Positions 28,398-38,808 of a DNA stretch of 64,000 nucleotides are shown one piece after another. The notes under the pieces were generated by a model, which saw only the letters and a list, made by a program, of their open reading frames with translations, ran no database searches and was not told the DNA's origin. Source of the DNA: Bacillota bacterium (GTDB lineage Bacteria > Bacillota_I > Bacilli_A > RFN20 > CAG-826); NCBI GenBank assembly GCA_030834445.1, contig JAURFC010000001.1, positions 150,544 to 214,543 of the forward strand, written 5' to 3'. The translations under genes were made by a program, and so were the position numbers. The number at the start of each line of letters is the position of its first letter. Position 1 is the first letter of the stretch.

Positions 28398-29319
28398 TCC
28401 TTTCTACGACACGAAAGGTCGCACTTTCAGAGCGAGGATTTCGGTTCATTTCTTCTAAACTCGGTTTAACAGGGTAGGGTTTGATTTCTTTAAACGTAGG
28501 TGTCGGAATGTCTTCAGGGCGTAAGGCGGGACCATGACGGTCCCCTTCAATGACGGTCCAAGAACGAAAAATTGATTTAACAAGGCGATCTTCGGTGGAG
28601 TGAAAAGAAATAACGCCGATTCTTCCTCCCAGAGCCATCCATGGTTTTAATGCGTTCAAGGTCGTTTCAAGACGTTGTAGTTCTTGATTGACTTCCATCC
28701 GTAAGGCTTGAAACACTTGTTTGGCGGGATGACCTTTTTTCTGTAACGCTTTTTTAGGTTTAGTTTGTTTAATGAGATCAACGAGTTCAAACGTGGTCGT
28801 AATCGGTTTTTGACTACGGCGATTCACAATTGCTTTGGCGATGGGATAAGCGAAGGTTTCATCCGCATAAACAGAAAAAATATGACTTAATTGACGCACA
28901 TCATAGGTGGCTAAAATACTTGCGGCGGTCAGCGTTTGTCGTTGATCCATCCGCATATCGAGTGGACCATCAAAACGATAACTAAACCCGCGTTCTGGTG
29001 TATCAAATTGGGGACTCGAAACACCTAAATCCATCAACACACCATCCACGTGCTCAACACCTAAGGTCGCAAAATGATCACTAGCATGAACAAAGTTATC
29101 ATGCACTAATTGCAAACAAGGAAAATGGTGTTGCAAAGGTTTTAAGGCATCAATAGCCGCTTTATCTTGGTCAAAACCAATGAACTGACCGGACGTTAAA
29201 GACGGTAAAAGCGCAGCGGCATGGCCGCCTCTTCCCATCGTCAAATCCGCATACGTCCCTGTTGCTTTTATCGGTAACATGGCTTTGACTTCCTCAAGAA
29301 AAACGGGAACATGTTCCAT
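28381..29319 (-). CDS. rsmH: 16S rRNA (cytosine1402-N4)-methyltransferase RsmH/MraW
   Basis: SAM-binding GGHAAA and conserved MraW motifs; 312 aa. Confidence 0.95.
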   Translation of the reverse strand: MEHVPVFLEEVKAMLPIKATGTYADLTMGRGGHAAALLPSLTSGQFIGFDQDKAAIDALKPLQHHFPCLQLVHDNFVHASDHFATLGVEHVDGVLMDLGVSSPQFDTPERGFSYRFDGPLDMRMDQRQTLTAASILATYDVRQLSHIFSVYADETFAYPIAKAIVNRRSQKPITTTFELVDLIKQTKPKKALQKKGHPAKQVFQALRMEVNQELQRLETTLNALKPWMALGGRIGVISFHSTEDRLVKSIFRSWTVIEGDRHGPALRPEDIPTPTFKEIKPYPVKPSLEEMNRNPRSESATFRVVERIAYEA

Positions 29320-29744
29320 TATTTTTTCACTCCAGAGGGGTTAAATGTATCAAAACCCGCTTGGGCTTGTTTTTCATACGCAGTCCACGTTTCGGTATCC
29401 CAGACTTCAAGGTGATCTTGAACACCGAGAATCGTCATATTTTTTTGAAAACCATAGTGTTGTTGGGTTTCCACTGGAAGTTGAATGCGGCCATGATCAT
29501 CAATCGTTAATTCAATCACACTCGCTAAGGCAAGGCGAACAAACGGACGATTTTCAGGTTGCATGAAATCCATTTGTTTCAATTGAGCGACAAGGGATTC
29601 AAAGTTTTTGGCAGGATAAAGCGATAAGCAATGTTCAAATCCGCGTAACGCAAAAAGGGTTAACCCACATTCCGCACGCAGTTTTGCTGGAATGACAAGT
29701 CGACCTTTATCGTCTAGAGCGTATCGGAAACTACCAAAAAACAT
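29319..29744 (-). CDS. mraZ: Transcriptional regulator MraZ
   Basis: 141 aa with duplicated DXXXR (SpoVT/AbrB-like) motifs; first gene of the dcw cluster. Confidence 0.9.
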   Translation of the reverse strand: MFFGSFRYALDDKGRLVIPAKLRAECGLTLFALRGFEHCLSLYPAKNFESLVAQLKQMDFMQPENRPFVRLALASVIELTIDDHGRIQLPVETQQHYGFQKNMTILGVQDHLEVWDTETWTAYEKQAQAGFDTFNPSGVKK

Positions 29745-29790
29745 GATTTCCCACTTTCTCCCACTTATGCCTTTATTATAAAGAGGACAT

Positions 29791-29828
29791 AAAAAAAAGC
29801 AAACATTATTTCTTTGTTTGCCTTTTTT
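29791..29828. terminator. Bidirectional intrinsic terminator between pheT and mraZ (GCAAAC-loop-GTTTGC flanked by A and T runs)
   Basis: 6-bp stem, 11-nt loop, with an A8 run upstream and a T-run downstream. Confidence 0.6.
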
Positions 29829-29839
29829 AAAAAAATGGA

Positions 29840-32227
29840 TTAACCGCGGAACTCAACACGGAATGCATTCAGCAATTCCGTTTTAATCTCATCCATCGTT
29901 GTTTGAATATCCCGATCGAGGAGTGTTTTTTGGCGATCAAGTAACTTGACACGAATGGCCATAGATTGGTATCCACTGGGAACATGCTCCCCTTGATAAA
30001 GATCAAAAACATCCACCGATTGTACGAGTGATTTTCCTGCTTTTTTGATGGCTTTCACCACTTTTTGAAAAGGAATATCTTGACGGATAATAAACGCAAG
30101 ATCTCGCGTGACAAAGGGAAATTTAGCCAGTTCATTTAAGCGAAGTGATGACGTTTTGGTTGCCATTAACATCGACATATTAAGGGTCATCATGACCACA
30201 GGAAACTTTCCAAACCCGAGTTGAGCATGGGTAACCGGGGAGAGTTCACCAAGATAGCCTGCTACCTGCCCTTGTAAAAGTAAGCGCGCACTACGGCCTG
30301 GATGATATACTTCCGGCTGTTCACGAAGCGGTTCCCATTGAAGACGAGACGGTTCTAAATAAAGTAACCCTAAAATGAGTTCGGCAACTCCTTTGATATC
30401 GTAAAATTCTACGGGCTTTGCTTGCAATAAACTTTGTTCTAATTTGGTGCCATACCAAACCACATTCACGTGTTCTTCATCCCCATCGGGAGAGGACATT
30501 AAACTCCATTCAAACATTTGCCCTTCAAGCGCTTGCCGTGAGACATTATAGATCGCGGTATCTAGCAACGATTTTAATCCTGAGGTTCGTACGAGTTGAC
30601 GTTCATCCGATAATGGATTTTTAATACGATACGCTGCTTTTTTTGAAGTAAAGGCAAACCCAGCCTCTCCTACTTCAGGCACGAGGGTATACGTTAAGCA
30701 TTCTTGAAACCCACGCGCTCTGAGCGATTCTTTAATGCGTTTTCGTTTAAGCTGAATGTCATTATAGCCACCCGCTTGTACCGGTTGAACCATCGGTTCA
30801 TGTTGAATCGAGTCAAAGCCTAATAAACGAATCACTTCTTCGGCTAAATCTGCGGAATGCTGAACATCTTTGCGGTGCACTGGGGGAATGATAAAATCGG
30901 ATTCCACGGTCATCCCTAAGCGATGAAAGACATCTTTCATCGCCTCGCTTGAAAACGTTGTTCCTAGTAAGGCATTGATGCGTTGCGGCTCAAAGGGAAT
31001 TCGCACGTTCTCACGTTGCGCACGATCAAGTGTCACGCACATTTCATACGTTTCAATGGTCGTCAATGACGCGATGAGCGCTTCGGTGAATGCGATCACG
31101 CGTTGGTATTGACTAAGATCGATTCCTTTGGCAAAGCGTTGCGAACTTTCAGAAATTAAATTTAAGCGCAAAGCTGTTTTTCGTATCGAAGCAGGATGGA
31201 ATTCGGCGGCTTCAATCCCAACATGTCGCGTGGTATCATCCACCGCACATGCCAACGATCCCATCACCCCCGCTAAGCACATCACCTGTCCTGAGGAAGA
31301 AATATGCAAATCATCGGGTAATAATTCGTAGGTTTTTTCATCCAACGCCACAAAGGTTGACGCGGGTTGACGGCCAACATCGAGTTGGGGTTGAGGCAGT
31401 TTATCCAGGTCATACATATGGAGCGGTTGGCCCGTCAATAACATGATGTAATTACCGATATCCACAAAGAAAGAAATGGGACGAACCCCACTGACCATTA
31501 ACCGTGATTTCATCCATGTGGGGGTTTCTACGGCTTGGACACCGCGTAATGTTTGTAAAGAAAATTGAGTAATCCGATCATCATGAACGTGAACGGCAAT
31601 CGATGCCGGTTTTCGCGGACCTTGATAAGGAGCAAGCGATTGCGGTAATAACTTAACTTGACACACGGCAGCGACTTCTTTTGCAAAGTTTTCTAAACTT
31701 AAGAGGTCTGGACGATTGGCAAGGAGTTTAACATGCAAAATCGTGTCATCCAAACCAAGATGGTCTAGGATGGCATCATCACCTAAAGGTGTCGATGGCG
31801 GTAAAACTTCAATGCCTTCCACTTGGTCTTTTCGTAAAAACTTATTGGGAATACCTAATTCATTAAGAGCACAAACCATCCCTTCTGACGCCACACCGCG
31901 AATGGTGGACGCTTGAATGGTTCCACCGGCGAGTTGGGCACCGGGTAAAGCCACAATTACGACTTGATTGACGTCAATATTGGGGGCACCACAGACAATC
32001 GAACGAATGCCGTGTTGAGCCGTATCGACCATGACATGATTGAGATGATCGGATCCTTCTACCGGTTTTTTGGAAACTACTTTACCAGTCGTGAGTTGAC
32101 TCGCTTGGGCAAACGGGGTGATATCTTCGACTTCAATCCCTGCGCGAATCAAGGCATCGGCGACCGCGTGTGGCGAGTGGGAAGAAAGATCGACTAAACT
32201 GGATAACCAGCGATATGATATTTGCAT
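29840..32227 (-). CDS. pheT: Phenylalanine--tRNA ligase beta subunit
   Basis: 795 aa with tRNA-binding, B3/B4, B5 and FDX-ACB domains in the canonical order. Confidence 0.95.
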   Translation of the reverse strand: MQISYRWLSSLVDLSSHSPHAVADALIRAGIEVEDITPFAQASQLTTGKVVSKKPVEGSDHLNHVMVDTAQHGIRSIVCGAPNIDVNQVVIVALPGAQLAGGTIQASTIRGVASEGMVCALNELGIPNKFLRKDQVEGIEVLPPSTPLGDDAILDHLGLDDTILHVKLLANRPDLLSLENFAKEVAAVCQVKLLPQSLAPYQGPRKPASIAVHVHDDRITQFSLQTLRGVQAVETPTWMKSRLMVSGVRPISFFVDIGNYIMLLTGQPLHMYDLDKLPQPQLDVGRQPASTFVALDEKTYELLPDDLHISSSGQVMCLAGVMGSLACAVDDTTRHVGIEAAEFHPASIRKTALRLNLISESSQRFAKGIDLSQYQRVIAFTEALIASLTTIETYEMCVTLDRAQRENVRIPFEPQRINALLGTTFSSEAMKDVFHRLGMTVESDFIIPPVHRKDVQHSADLAEEVIRLLGFDSIQHEPMVQPVQAGGYNDIQLKRKRIKESLRARGFQECLTYTLVPEVGEAGFAFTSKKAAYRIKNPLSDERQLVRTSGLKSLLDTAIYNVSRQALEGQMFEWSLMSSPDGDEEHVNVVWYGTKLEQSLLQAKPVEFYDIKGVAELILGLLYLEPSRLQWEPLREQPEVYHPGRSARLLLQGQVAGYLGELSPVTHAQLGFGKFPVVMMTLNMSMLMATKTSSLRLNELAKFPFVTRDLAFIIRQDIPFQKVVKAIKKAGKSLVQSVDVFDLYQGEHVPSGYQSMAIRVKLLDRQKTLLDRDIQTTMDEIKTELLNAFRVEFRG

Positions 32228-32236
32228 ATAACTCTC

Positions 32237-33268
32237 CTATCGTCCTTGAAACTGCTTTAAAAAACGCAGATCATTTTGATAAAATTTTCGAATATCATCA
32301 ATACCATAACGTAACATGGCAACGCGTTCAATGCCGATGCCAAAGGCAAAACCGGTCATGGATTTTTCATCATAACCATTCATCGTAAGCACGCGTGGGT
32401 GCACCATGCCACCCCCTAAAATTTCAATCCAACCCGACCCTTTACAAATGGAGCAACCTTGACCGCCACAGGAAAAGCAGCTGACATCAATTTCCACACT
32501 CGGTTCCGTAAAAGGAAAGAAGCTTGGACGTAAGCGAATGTCTCGTTTTTCGCCAAAAAGTTTTTTGGCAAAAACGAGTAACGTATCTTTAAGGTGACCT
32601 AAGGTGACGTGTTCGCCAATGACAAGGCCTTCGATTTGACCAAATTGATGGGAATGCGTTGCATCATCTTCATCACGGCGATACACCTTGCCTGGACAAA
32701 TCACGCGAACAGGTTGTCCTTTTGCCGCCTCCATGACATGGGCTTGTACGGGTGAGGTATGCGTGCGCAGTAACGTATTATCGTCCATGTATAACGAATC
32801 TTGCATATCCCGGGCAGGATGATCTTTGGGGATATTGAGCAATTCAAAATTATAGTGATCGGATTCGACTTCTGGGCCTTCGGCAATCGCATACCCCATA
32901 CTGACAAAAATGTCGGAAATTTCTTCTTGAATGAGAAAAAAAGGATGGGCAGTTTTGACGGGTAAGCCGCGACCCGGTAACGTAATATCGATCGCTTCTT
33001 GTGCTAGTTTCTTTTGCAGTGCTTCTTTTTCCAAACCGACTTTTTTTTGCTCAAGGGCCTGGGTTAAGGTTTCCCGTGCTTCATTAATCCACGCGCCAAC
33101 GGATTTTTTTTCTTCCACGGTTAAATCTTTCATTAGACCAAATAAACTCATGAGTTCAGATTTTTTCGCTAAATAAAGATTACGAACTTCTAAAAGTTCT
33201 TCTAAGGTTAATGCGTTTTTAATCGCGTTGAGTCCTGCCTCAACAATGGCTTTAATGCGTTGTTCCAT
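32237..33268 (-). CDS. pheS: Phenylalanine--tRNA ligase alpha subunit
   Basis: Class II motifs ([12 protein letters not shown], GxGxGxER); 343 aa. Confidence 0.95.
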   Translation of the reverse strand: MEQRIKAIVEAGLNAIKNALTLEELLEVRNLYLAKKSELMSLFGLMKDLTVEEKKSVGAWINEARETLTQALEQKKVGLEKEALQKKLAQEAIDITLPGRGLPVKTAHPFFLIQEEISDIFVSMGYAIAEGPEVESDHYNFELLNIPKDHPARDMQDSLYMDDNTLLRTHTSPVQAHVMEAAKGQPVRVICPGKVYRRDEDDATHSHQFGQIEGLVIGEHVTLGHLKDTLLVFAKKLFGEKRDIRLRPSFFPFTEPSVEIDVSCFSCGGQGCSICKGSGWIEILGGGMVHPRVLTMNGYDEKSMTGFAFGIGIERVAMLRYGIDDIRKFYQNDLRFLKQFQGR

Positions 33269-33498
33269 ACGATTTTTTCCTTTCTAGAAATAAAAAAAGT
33301 CATCCTGATGAGGAACGACATGTTGCCGTGGTACCATCCTCGTTCGGTTGACCGCTCTTAATTAATGAATGATAACGCCATTCGCGGTTAGCAACGGATG
33401 AAAGTGAAATTCAGATGCATTGAAGTGGTTTCACTCTTCACTTCTCCCTAATCAACATCCTACTAAGCTTTCGCTAACGAAGTTAGTATAGCACGAAT
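33269..33498 (-). promoter_or_regulatory. T-box riboswitch leader of pheST
   Basis: Minus-sense GGATGGTACCACGGCAAC T-box motif (plus-strand ccgtggtaccatcc around 33316-33332) followed by a terminator. Confidence 0.8.
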
Positions 33499-34230
33499 TT
33501 AGGCGTGAATAAAATACGCAAAAATACCAAAAGCGATAGCGACATTTAGCGATTCCATACCCGACATCGGAATCGTAATCCGTTCATCTAATAACGATAA
33601 AGTTTCCGGATGTAATCCTTGGCCTTCATGACCGAGGATAAGGACACATTTTTCTGGTATTTTCCAGGATGGTAACGGCATTGAAGGCGATTGTAACGTG
33701 GTCCCTACGAGTGTATAACCTTGTGATTTTAACGCCTTTAATTCGGTGCGATTCATTTTAATGACCGGGAGTAAAAACGAGGCACCTTGTGAGCTTTGTA
33801 ACGTTTTAAATCCCCACGGATCCGCGGTGGTTTCTTGATAAAGAACGGCCGAAAAATCAAAGGCTTTGGCCGTACGAAGAATGGTTCCGACATTGCCAGG
33901 ATCTTGTAATCCGTCTAAATAAACAAGGCGATGACCCGTCCATGTGTTCAAGGAGGGACGCCGACATAGCCCTAAAATACCGGGCCATGATTTTTGTTGT
34001 GATAACATCGTACCGATGGCTTCGGAAATTAAAATATCCGCTTCCGGTTCCGTCATAGCGCGGCGCATGTCCACCAATGTTTTATCGAGTAGCCCTGCTC
34101 GACGTGCTTCTTCCACAAGGTGATCCCCTTCCACAAGAAAATGCGTTGCCGCAAAATCGCCTTTTTTTTGCGAGAGCAACCGCAATTGTTTAATCAAAGG
34201 ATTTTGTTTAGAAGTGATCGTGTTCGCCAT
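33499..34230 (-). CDS. TrmH/SpoU-family RNA 2'-O-methyltransferase (YsgA-like, pheS-linked)
   Basis: SPOUT motifs (LDGLQDPGNVGTILRTA, ILGHEGQGL); position upstream of pheS as for B. subtilis ysgA. Confidence 0.8.
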   Translation of the reverse strand: MANTITSKQNPLIKQLRLLSQKKGDFAATHFLVEGDHLVEEARRAGLLDKTLVDMRRAMTEPEADILISEAIGTMLSQQKSWPGILGLCRRPSLNTWTGHRLVYLDGLQDPGNVGTILRTAKAFDFSAVLYQETTADPWGFKTLQSSQGASFLLPVIKMNRTELKALKSQGYTLVGTTLQSPSMPLPSWKIPEKCVLILGHEGQGLHPETLSLLDERITIPMSGMESLNVAIAFGIFAYFIHA

Positions 34231-34894
34231 TGGGAAATCCTTGTTTTAGTTTATCATGCCACATGCGATACTGGGGCATGATCCGTTGAAGGGTGCCATA
34301 AAAACGAGGTGAATGATCAAAATGAATCATATGCACACATTCATGGGCAAGCACCGCATCAATCACTTCAGGTTCATAGTGCGCAAGTTTTAAGGCAAGG
34401 GTAATTCGGTGAGTTCGCCGGGCGTAGGTTCCCCAACGCGTATGCATATCGCGAATCGTTAATCGAGGCAGCGGGTGATGCTCGAGCTGAAGTTGTTTCA
34501 TCCAATACGCTAAGCGAGGAAGTGCCCATCTCCGCAAGCGTTGTTTCACATAGTGTTGGCCGGCTTCCGCATCGTTTTCCCAAGGAATCCATGTACCAAA
34601 GAGACGTAAAAAACAAGGTTTTTCCGGTAAAACCGGATAACGGGCTAACAGTCGAGGCATCATTTTTTCTAATAACAGCAATAAATACGTTAATTCGAGT
34701 TTGAGAGGACTTGAGATAAAAATCGTATGACCGCGCATCCGAAAGGTAATGCGCTTCATCCGTTTCCATGTCAAAACGACAGGATAACGGTGGGAAGCAT
34801 AGACAATGTCGGCTTGCAAAGATCGCTTAGTCTTCAAATTTGCTTGCCGCGAGTTGGGCGACATGTTCAGGTTTGAATTGTTCAAGATAAGCAA
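34208..34894 (-). CDS. YgjP/DUF45-like zinc metallohydrolase (HEXXH: AHECVHMIHFDHS); start probably downstream of the annotated one
   Basis: Motif HExxH...H.SxxF characteristic of the YgjP family; the N-terminus overlaps the M42 peptidase by 68 nt, suggesting a later start. Confidence 0.55.
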   Translation of the reverse strand: MLILNNSNLNMSPNSRQANLKTKRSLQADIVYASHRYPVVLTWKRMKRITFRMRGHTIFISSPLKLELTYLLLLLEKMMPRLLARYPVLPEKPCFLRLFGTWIPWENDAEAGQHYVKQRLRRWALPRLAYWMKQLQLEHHPLPRLTIRDMHTRWGTYARRTHRITLALKLAHYEPEVIDAVLAHECVHMIHFDHSPRFYGTLQRIMPQYRMWHDKLKQGFPNGEHDHF

Positions 34895-35900
34895 CGATGA
34901 GTTGGACCATCGCTTCGATATCGTCTTCGTGGACGAGGGAGGTATGGGAATGGAAATAACGGCATGGAAGTGAAAGTGTCATCGTGATGACACCATCGCG
35001 TTGTTTATGAATTTCCCCAGCATCGGTTCCCCCGACAACCATCATGTCATAGGTGTATTTAATCTTTTCTTGGATAGCCACTTTTTCAACCGCATCCAAT
35101 AAACCACGATGGGCAATGACGGTCGCATCCATTAAGGAAAGGGCCACACCTTTTCCTAATGCGGTATCCGCTTTGGGGACTCCGGGCATATCATTCGACA
35201 TCGTCACATCCAGTGCAAGGGCAATATCGGGTTGAATTTTATAGCTGGATGTTTTCGCGCCCCGTAAACCAATTTCTTCTTGGACGGTAAAGGCGGCCAC
35301 GACGTTAGGAACAATGGTCTTTTTTTCGAGACGTTTTAACACTTCTAGTTGCACGCCACAGCATACGCGATCATCCCACGCTTTGCCTAGAAGAAGTTTA
35401 GAGTCGTTTAAACGACGCGCTTCCATTTTTGGGGTAACCATATCACCAATTTGGATACCAAGTGCAAGAACGTCTTCTTTGCTCGCACAGCCAATATCTA
35501 AAAACATATCTTTGATTTCAATGACACGATTACGCACCTCGGCAGGCATCCCATGCGGTGGTTTGGAACCGACAATGCCTTCGACGGTTTTGCCAGAGCG
35601 GGTGGTAATTAAAAACACTTGGGCCAACATCACATGGCCCCACCAGCCTCCAACCGGTTGCATATGAACCATGCCTGAGGCTTCGATGGAGGAAATTAAA
35701 AATCCTACTTCATCCATATGTGCCGACAGCATAATCGTCACATCCGAGGTTCCTTTTTTGGTGGCAATCACCGAACCAAGTTGATCTTGATCGACATGAT
35801 CCACCATCGGGGTGACCACTTTTTTAATGTAGGCAGCGACTTTTTTTTCATGGCCAGGAATACCCGGCAAATTCGATAATTGACGTAACCATTCATTCAT
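34827..35900 (-). CDS. M42-family aminopeptidase (YsdC/FrvX/CelM-like)
   Basis: 357 aa, conserved metal-binding His and Asp residues of the M42 fold (HMDEVGF, GGTDAG). Confidence 0.8.
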   Translation of the reverse strand: MNEWLRQLSNLPGIPGHEKKVAAYIKKVVTPMVDHVDQDQLGSVIATKKGTSDVTIMLSAHMDEVGFLISSIEASGMVHMQPVGGWWGHVMLAQVFLITTRSGKTVEGIVGSKPPHGMPAEVRNRVIEIKDMFLDIGCASKEDVLALGIQIGDMVTPKMEARRLNDSKLLLGKAWDDRVCCGVQLEVLKRLEKKTIVPNVVAAFTVQEEIGLRGAKTSSYKIQPDIALALDVTMSNDMPGVPKADTALGKGVALSLMDATVIAHRGLLDAVEKVAIQEKIKYTYDMMVVGGTDAGEIHKQRDGVITMTLSLPCRYFHSHTSLVHEDDIEAMVQLIVAYLEQFKPEHVAQLAASKFED

Positions 35901-35911
35901 ATGTGTTGCTC

Positions 35912-36403
35912 CTAATAATGCGTTTGTTGTCGGGTATAGTTTACCCCTAATTTTTGGAAATAACCAGCGATGACTCGTTGGTCATCAAAACCGAGTAATG
36001 GCATCATATTTAAATACGCTTGAAAGGCCGCTTCAAGCGTATTCGCAGTTGGGTTTTCTGTAAGAGCATAGATCGCCGCATAGACGATTAACGTTTGTTC
36101 TACGAGATCATGGGAGGGTGTAGTAATGTCATAATCACGTTTTTGTGAACCAAGGTCTAATCCTAATGAAAGAAGGAAATGAATACCATCGGCGTATTCA
36201 TCTAAAATGACGGCGCCTTCGGATGGTCCTTTTTTCGACCAAAACTTGAAAGCACGTGTTTCGTTAATGAGTTCACCGACTTCAACGAGTAACGCTAATA
36301 AGCGTTTTTTTCGTGTAGAAACATAATCAACGCCATGTTGGGATTGAATATGGGCATCGAGTTGTGCTTGTGCTTCAAAAAGCGGGGTTAACGCAATGTT
36401 CAT
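35912..36403 (-). CDS. Dimeric dUTPase-like / all-alpha NTP pyrophosphohydrolase (dUTPase_2/MazG-like), tentative
   Basis: 163 aa all-helical with an ALLVEVGELINE..KFWSKK signature typical of dimeric dUTPases; overlaps the glgP stop by 4 nt. Confidence 0.35.
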   Translation of the reverse strand: MNIALTPLFEAQAQLDAHIQSQHGVDYVSTRKKRLLALLVEVGELINETRAFKFWSKKGPSEGAVILDEYADGIHFLLSLGLDLGSQKRDYDITTPSHDLVEQTLIVYAAIYALTENPTANTLEAAFQAYLNMMPLLGFDDQRVIAGYFQKLGVNYTRQQTHY

Positions 36404-38805
36404 ACAAGTTTAGGAAGTTTCCAAATCTCGTCGATATATTGTTGAATCGTACGATCGGTTGAGAAGAAACCCGCTTCGGCGATATTGACAATCGCCATCG
36501 CATTCCATCGGGAACGATCTTGATAAAGGCGTGCGATTTTTTCTTGTGCCTCGGCATAGGCGGCGAAGTCTTCAAGAATAAAGTATTCATCATTACGGTG
36601 CATGATTTCATCAAAGATGGGACGGAACGTATCCCGATTGCCTTCAGACCAACGACCATCGATAAGCGAGTCAATGATGGTTTTAATGCGCGGATTCGCG
36701 TGATAACGATCCCATGCTTGATACGTGTGGCTTGATCGTAAGGCATTCACGTGTTCAACATTCATACCAAAGATGACACAATTGTCTAAACCCACGAGTT
36801 CCGATATTTCCACGTTGGCACCGTCTAAGGTTCCTAAGGTAATCGCCCCATTCATCATAAATTTCATATTTCCCGTTCCAGAGGCTTCTTTTCCCGCGGT
36901 GGAAATTTGTTCACTGACATCGGTGGCAGGAATCATGAGTTCAGCAAGACTCACCCCATAGTTTTCAATAAAGACCACTTTTAAATGCCCGTTGGTTTCC
37001 GGATCGGCATTCACCACGCGGGCCACGGCATTAATTAATTCAATTATTTTCTTCGCAAAGAAATAACTAGGTGCAGCTTTTGCCCCAAAGATGAAGGTAC
37101 GTGGATACGGTCTAAAACTCGGATCGGCTTTCATGCGATTGTATAAATCCATGATGTGGAACACATTGAGTGTTTGTCGTTTATACGCATGAAGACGCTT
37201 GATTTGAACATCGAAAATCGAATCTGGATTAATCTCAATGCCTTGAACCCGTTTAATATAGTCGGCAAGTTTGACTTTGTTTTCGCGTTTAATCTTAGCG
37301 ACTTCGTTTTGCACGTTTTGATTGTCGGCAAACGCACGGAATGCTTGCAGAGATTGCGGCTGGGTTTTCCAACCTTCGCCAATATGTTTGCTGACAAGGT
37401 TAGCAAGCTCAGGATTGGCATACATAAACCAGCGGCGATGCGTAATCCCGTTGGTTTTATTGTTGAAGCGTTCTGGATAAAGTTGGAAGTAATCTTTAAA
37501 TGTATCCGCTTTGAGTATTTCGGTATGAAGGGCCGCAACCCCGTTGGTCGAAAACGCGGCATATATGGCTAAATTCGCCATGTGTATCATGCCATCTTTA
37601 ATAATGGCCATATTGCGACGGGCATCATCCGTTAAATGCTTTTGGGCAAATTCTAATTGACTACGACGATGGATTTCTTCAATGATCATGTAAATGCGTG
37701 GTAAAAGTGGTTTTAAGAAATGAATCGGCCACTTTTCCAGTGCTTCTTGCATGACGGTATGGTTGGTATACGCCATACACGCTCGCACTTGTTGCCATGC
37801 CGCATCCCAAGTTTGGCCATACTCATCGACGAGTAAACGAATAAGTTCGGGGATCGCTAGAATCGGATGAGTGTCATTGAGTTGAAACACAAAATATTCA
37901 ACAAAGTTATCCATACGTTGGAACCGGCGATAATGGGATGCCATCACCGATTGTAACCCTGCCGACACTAAGAAATAATGTTGACGTAAACGTAAAATTT
38001 TTCCACTATCAGTCGAATCATCAGGGTATAGCCCGTGCGTGATTTCTTTGACGGTTTGTAAATATTCTTTAAAGCTTTGGTTTTCAGGAATATTTTCTTC
38101 CGTGGGTTCTGCCGCCCAAAGCCGTAAATTATTCGTAATACCATTTCGGTAACCGACAATAGCCATATCATAAGGAACAGCACGAACATTGAGGGCATTC
38201 ACAGTGCGAATCGCATAACCCCCATCCGGTTTAAGGTACGTTTCAGCTTGACCATAAAATTTGACATCGACGGCATGTTTGAGGTTTTTTACTTCCCAAA
38301 CGTTGCCATTTTTGAGCCAAATATCCGGCACTTCAATTTGTTTTCCATTGACAATTTTTTGTTTGAAAAAACCATAGTCATAACGAATGGTATTCCCGTG
38401 ACCGGCATAACCAAGCGAGGCAATAGAATCAAGAAAGCACGCGGCAAGGCGACCTAAGCCACCATTGCCTAATCCTGCATCAGATTCAAGTTCCATGAGT
38501 TCATCGAGAGATAAACCAAGTTCTGCAAGTCCTTCTTTGGTGACATCATAAATTCCTAAATTGTGAAGGTTACTTTTCATGAGTCGCCCCATGAGAAACT
38601 CCATGGAAAAGTAAATGAGTTGAAGGGGTTGATTGGCGTTATCGATTTTACGAAGACGCTTTAAATTTTGCCCCGCATAATCCCGAATCATATGACCAAG
38701 AATTTCATACCGTTCCGTGACGTGGCTATCGGCAATCGTACGACCGAACTTACTTTCGAGTCGTTGTGAAAAAATTTCTTTAAATTTCGCTTTTGAGGTA
38801 AACAT
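36400..38805 (-). CDS. glgP: Glycogen/maltodextrin phosphorylase
   Basis: 801 aa; glucan-site LGNGGLGRLAACFLDS and PLP-site EASGTGNMKFMMNGA motifs. Confidence 0.95.
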   Translation of the reverse strand: MFTSKAKFKEIFSQRLESKFGRTIADSHVTERYEILGHMIRDYAGQNLKRLRKIDNANQPLQLIYFSMEFLMGRLMKSNLHNLGIYDVTKEGLAELGLSLDELMELESDAGLGNGGLGRLAACFLDSIASLGYAGHGNTIRYDYGFFKQKIVNGKQIEVPDIWLKNGNVWEVKNLKHAVDVKFYGQAETYLKPDGGYAIRTVNALNVRAVPYDMAIVGYRNGITNNLRLWAAEPTEENIPENQSFKEYLQTVKEITHGLYPDDSTDSGKILRLRQHYFLVSAGLQSVMASHYRRFQRMDNFVEYFVFQLNDTHPILAIPELIRLLVDEYGQTWDAAWQQVRACMAYTNHTVMQEALEKWPIHFLKPLLPRIYMIIEEIHRRSQLEFAQKHLTDDARRNMAIIKDGMIHMANLAIYAAFSTNGVAALHTEILKADTFKDYFQLYPERFNNKTNGITHRRWFMYANPELANLVSKHIGEGWKTQPQSLQAFRAFADNQNVQNEVAKIKRENKVKLADYIKRVQGIEINPDSIFDVQIKRLHAYKRQTLNVFHIMDLYNRMKADPSFRPYPRTFIFGAKAAPSYFFAKKIIELINAVARVVNADPETNGHLKVVFIENYGVSLAELMIPATDVSEQISTAGKEASGTGNMKFMMNGAITLGTLDGANVEISELVGLDNCVIFGMNVEHVNALRSSHTYQAWDRYHANPRIKTIIDSLIDGRWSEGNRDTFRPIFDEIMHRNDEYFILEDFAAYAEAQEKIARLYQDRSRWNAMAIVNIAEAGFFSTDRTIQQYIDEIWKLPKLV

Positions 38806-38808
38806 ACG

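Noticed and set aside
34827-34894. 68-nt same-strand overlap of the M42 peptidase and the YgjP-like gene
   Set aside because: It is more likely a mis-called (too-early) start of the YgjP-like gene than a real extended overlap; it is noted in the feature rather than raised as a finding.
36375-37572. Overlapping ORFs 36375-36746 (-), 37131-37562 (-) and 37156-37572 (+) within glgP and the dUTPase-like gene
   Set aside because: They are alternative or antisense frames inside a highly conserved phosphorylase gene, with no RBS and low-complexity composition.
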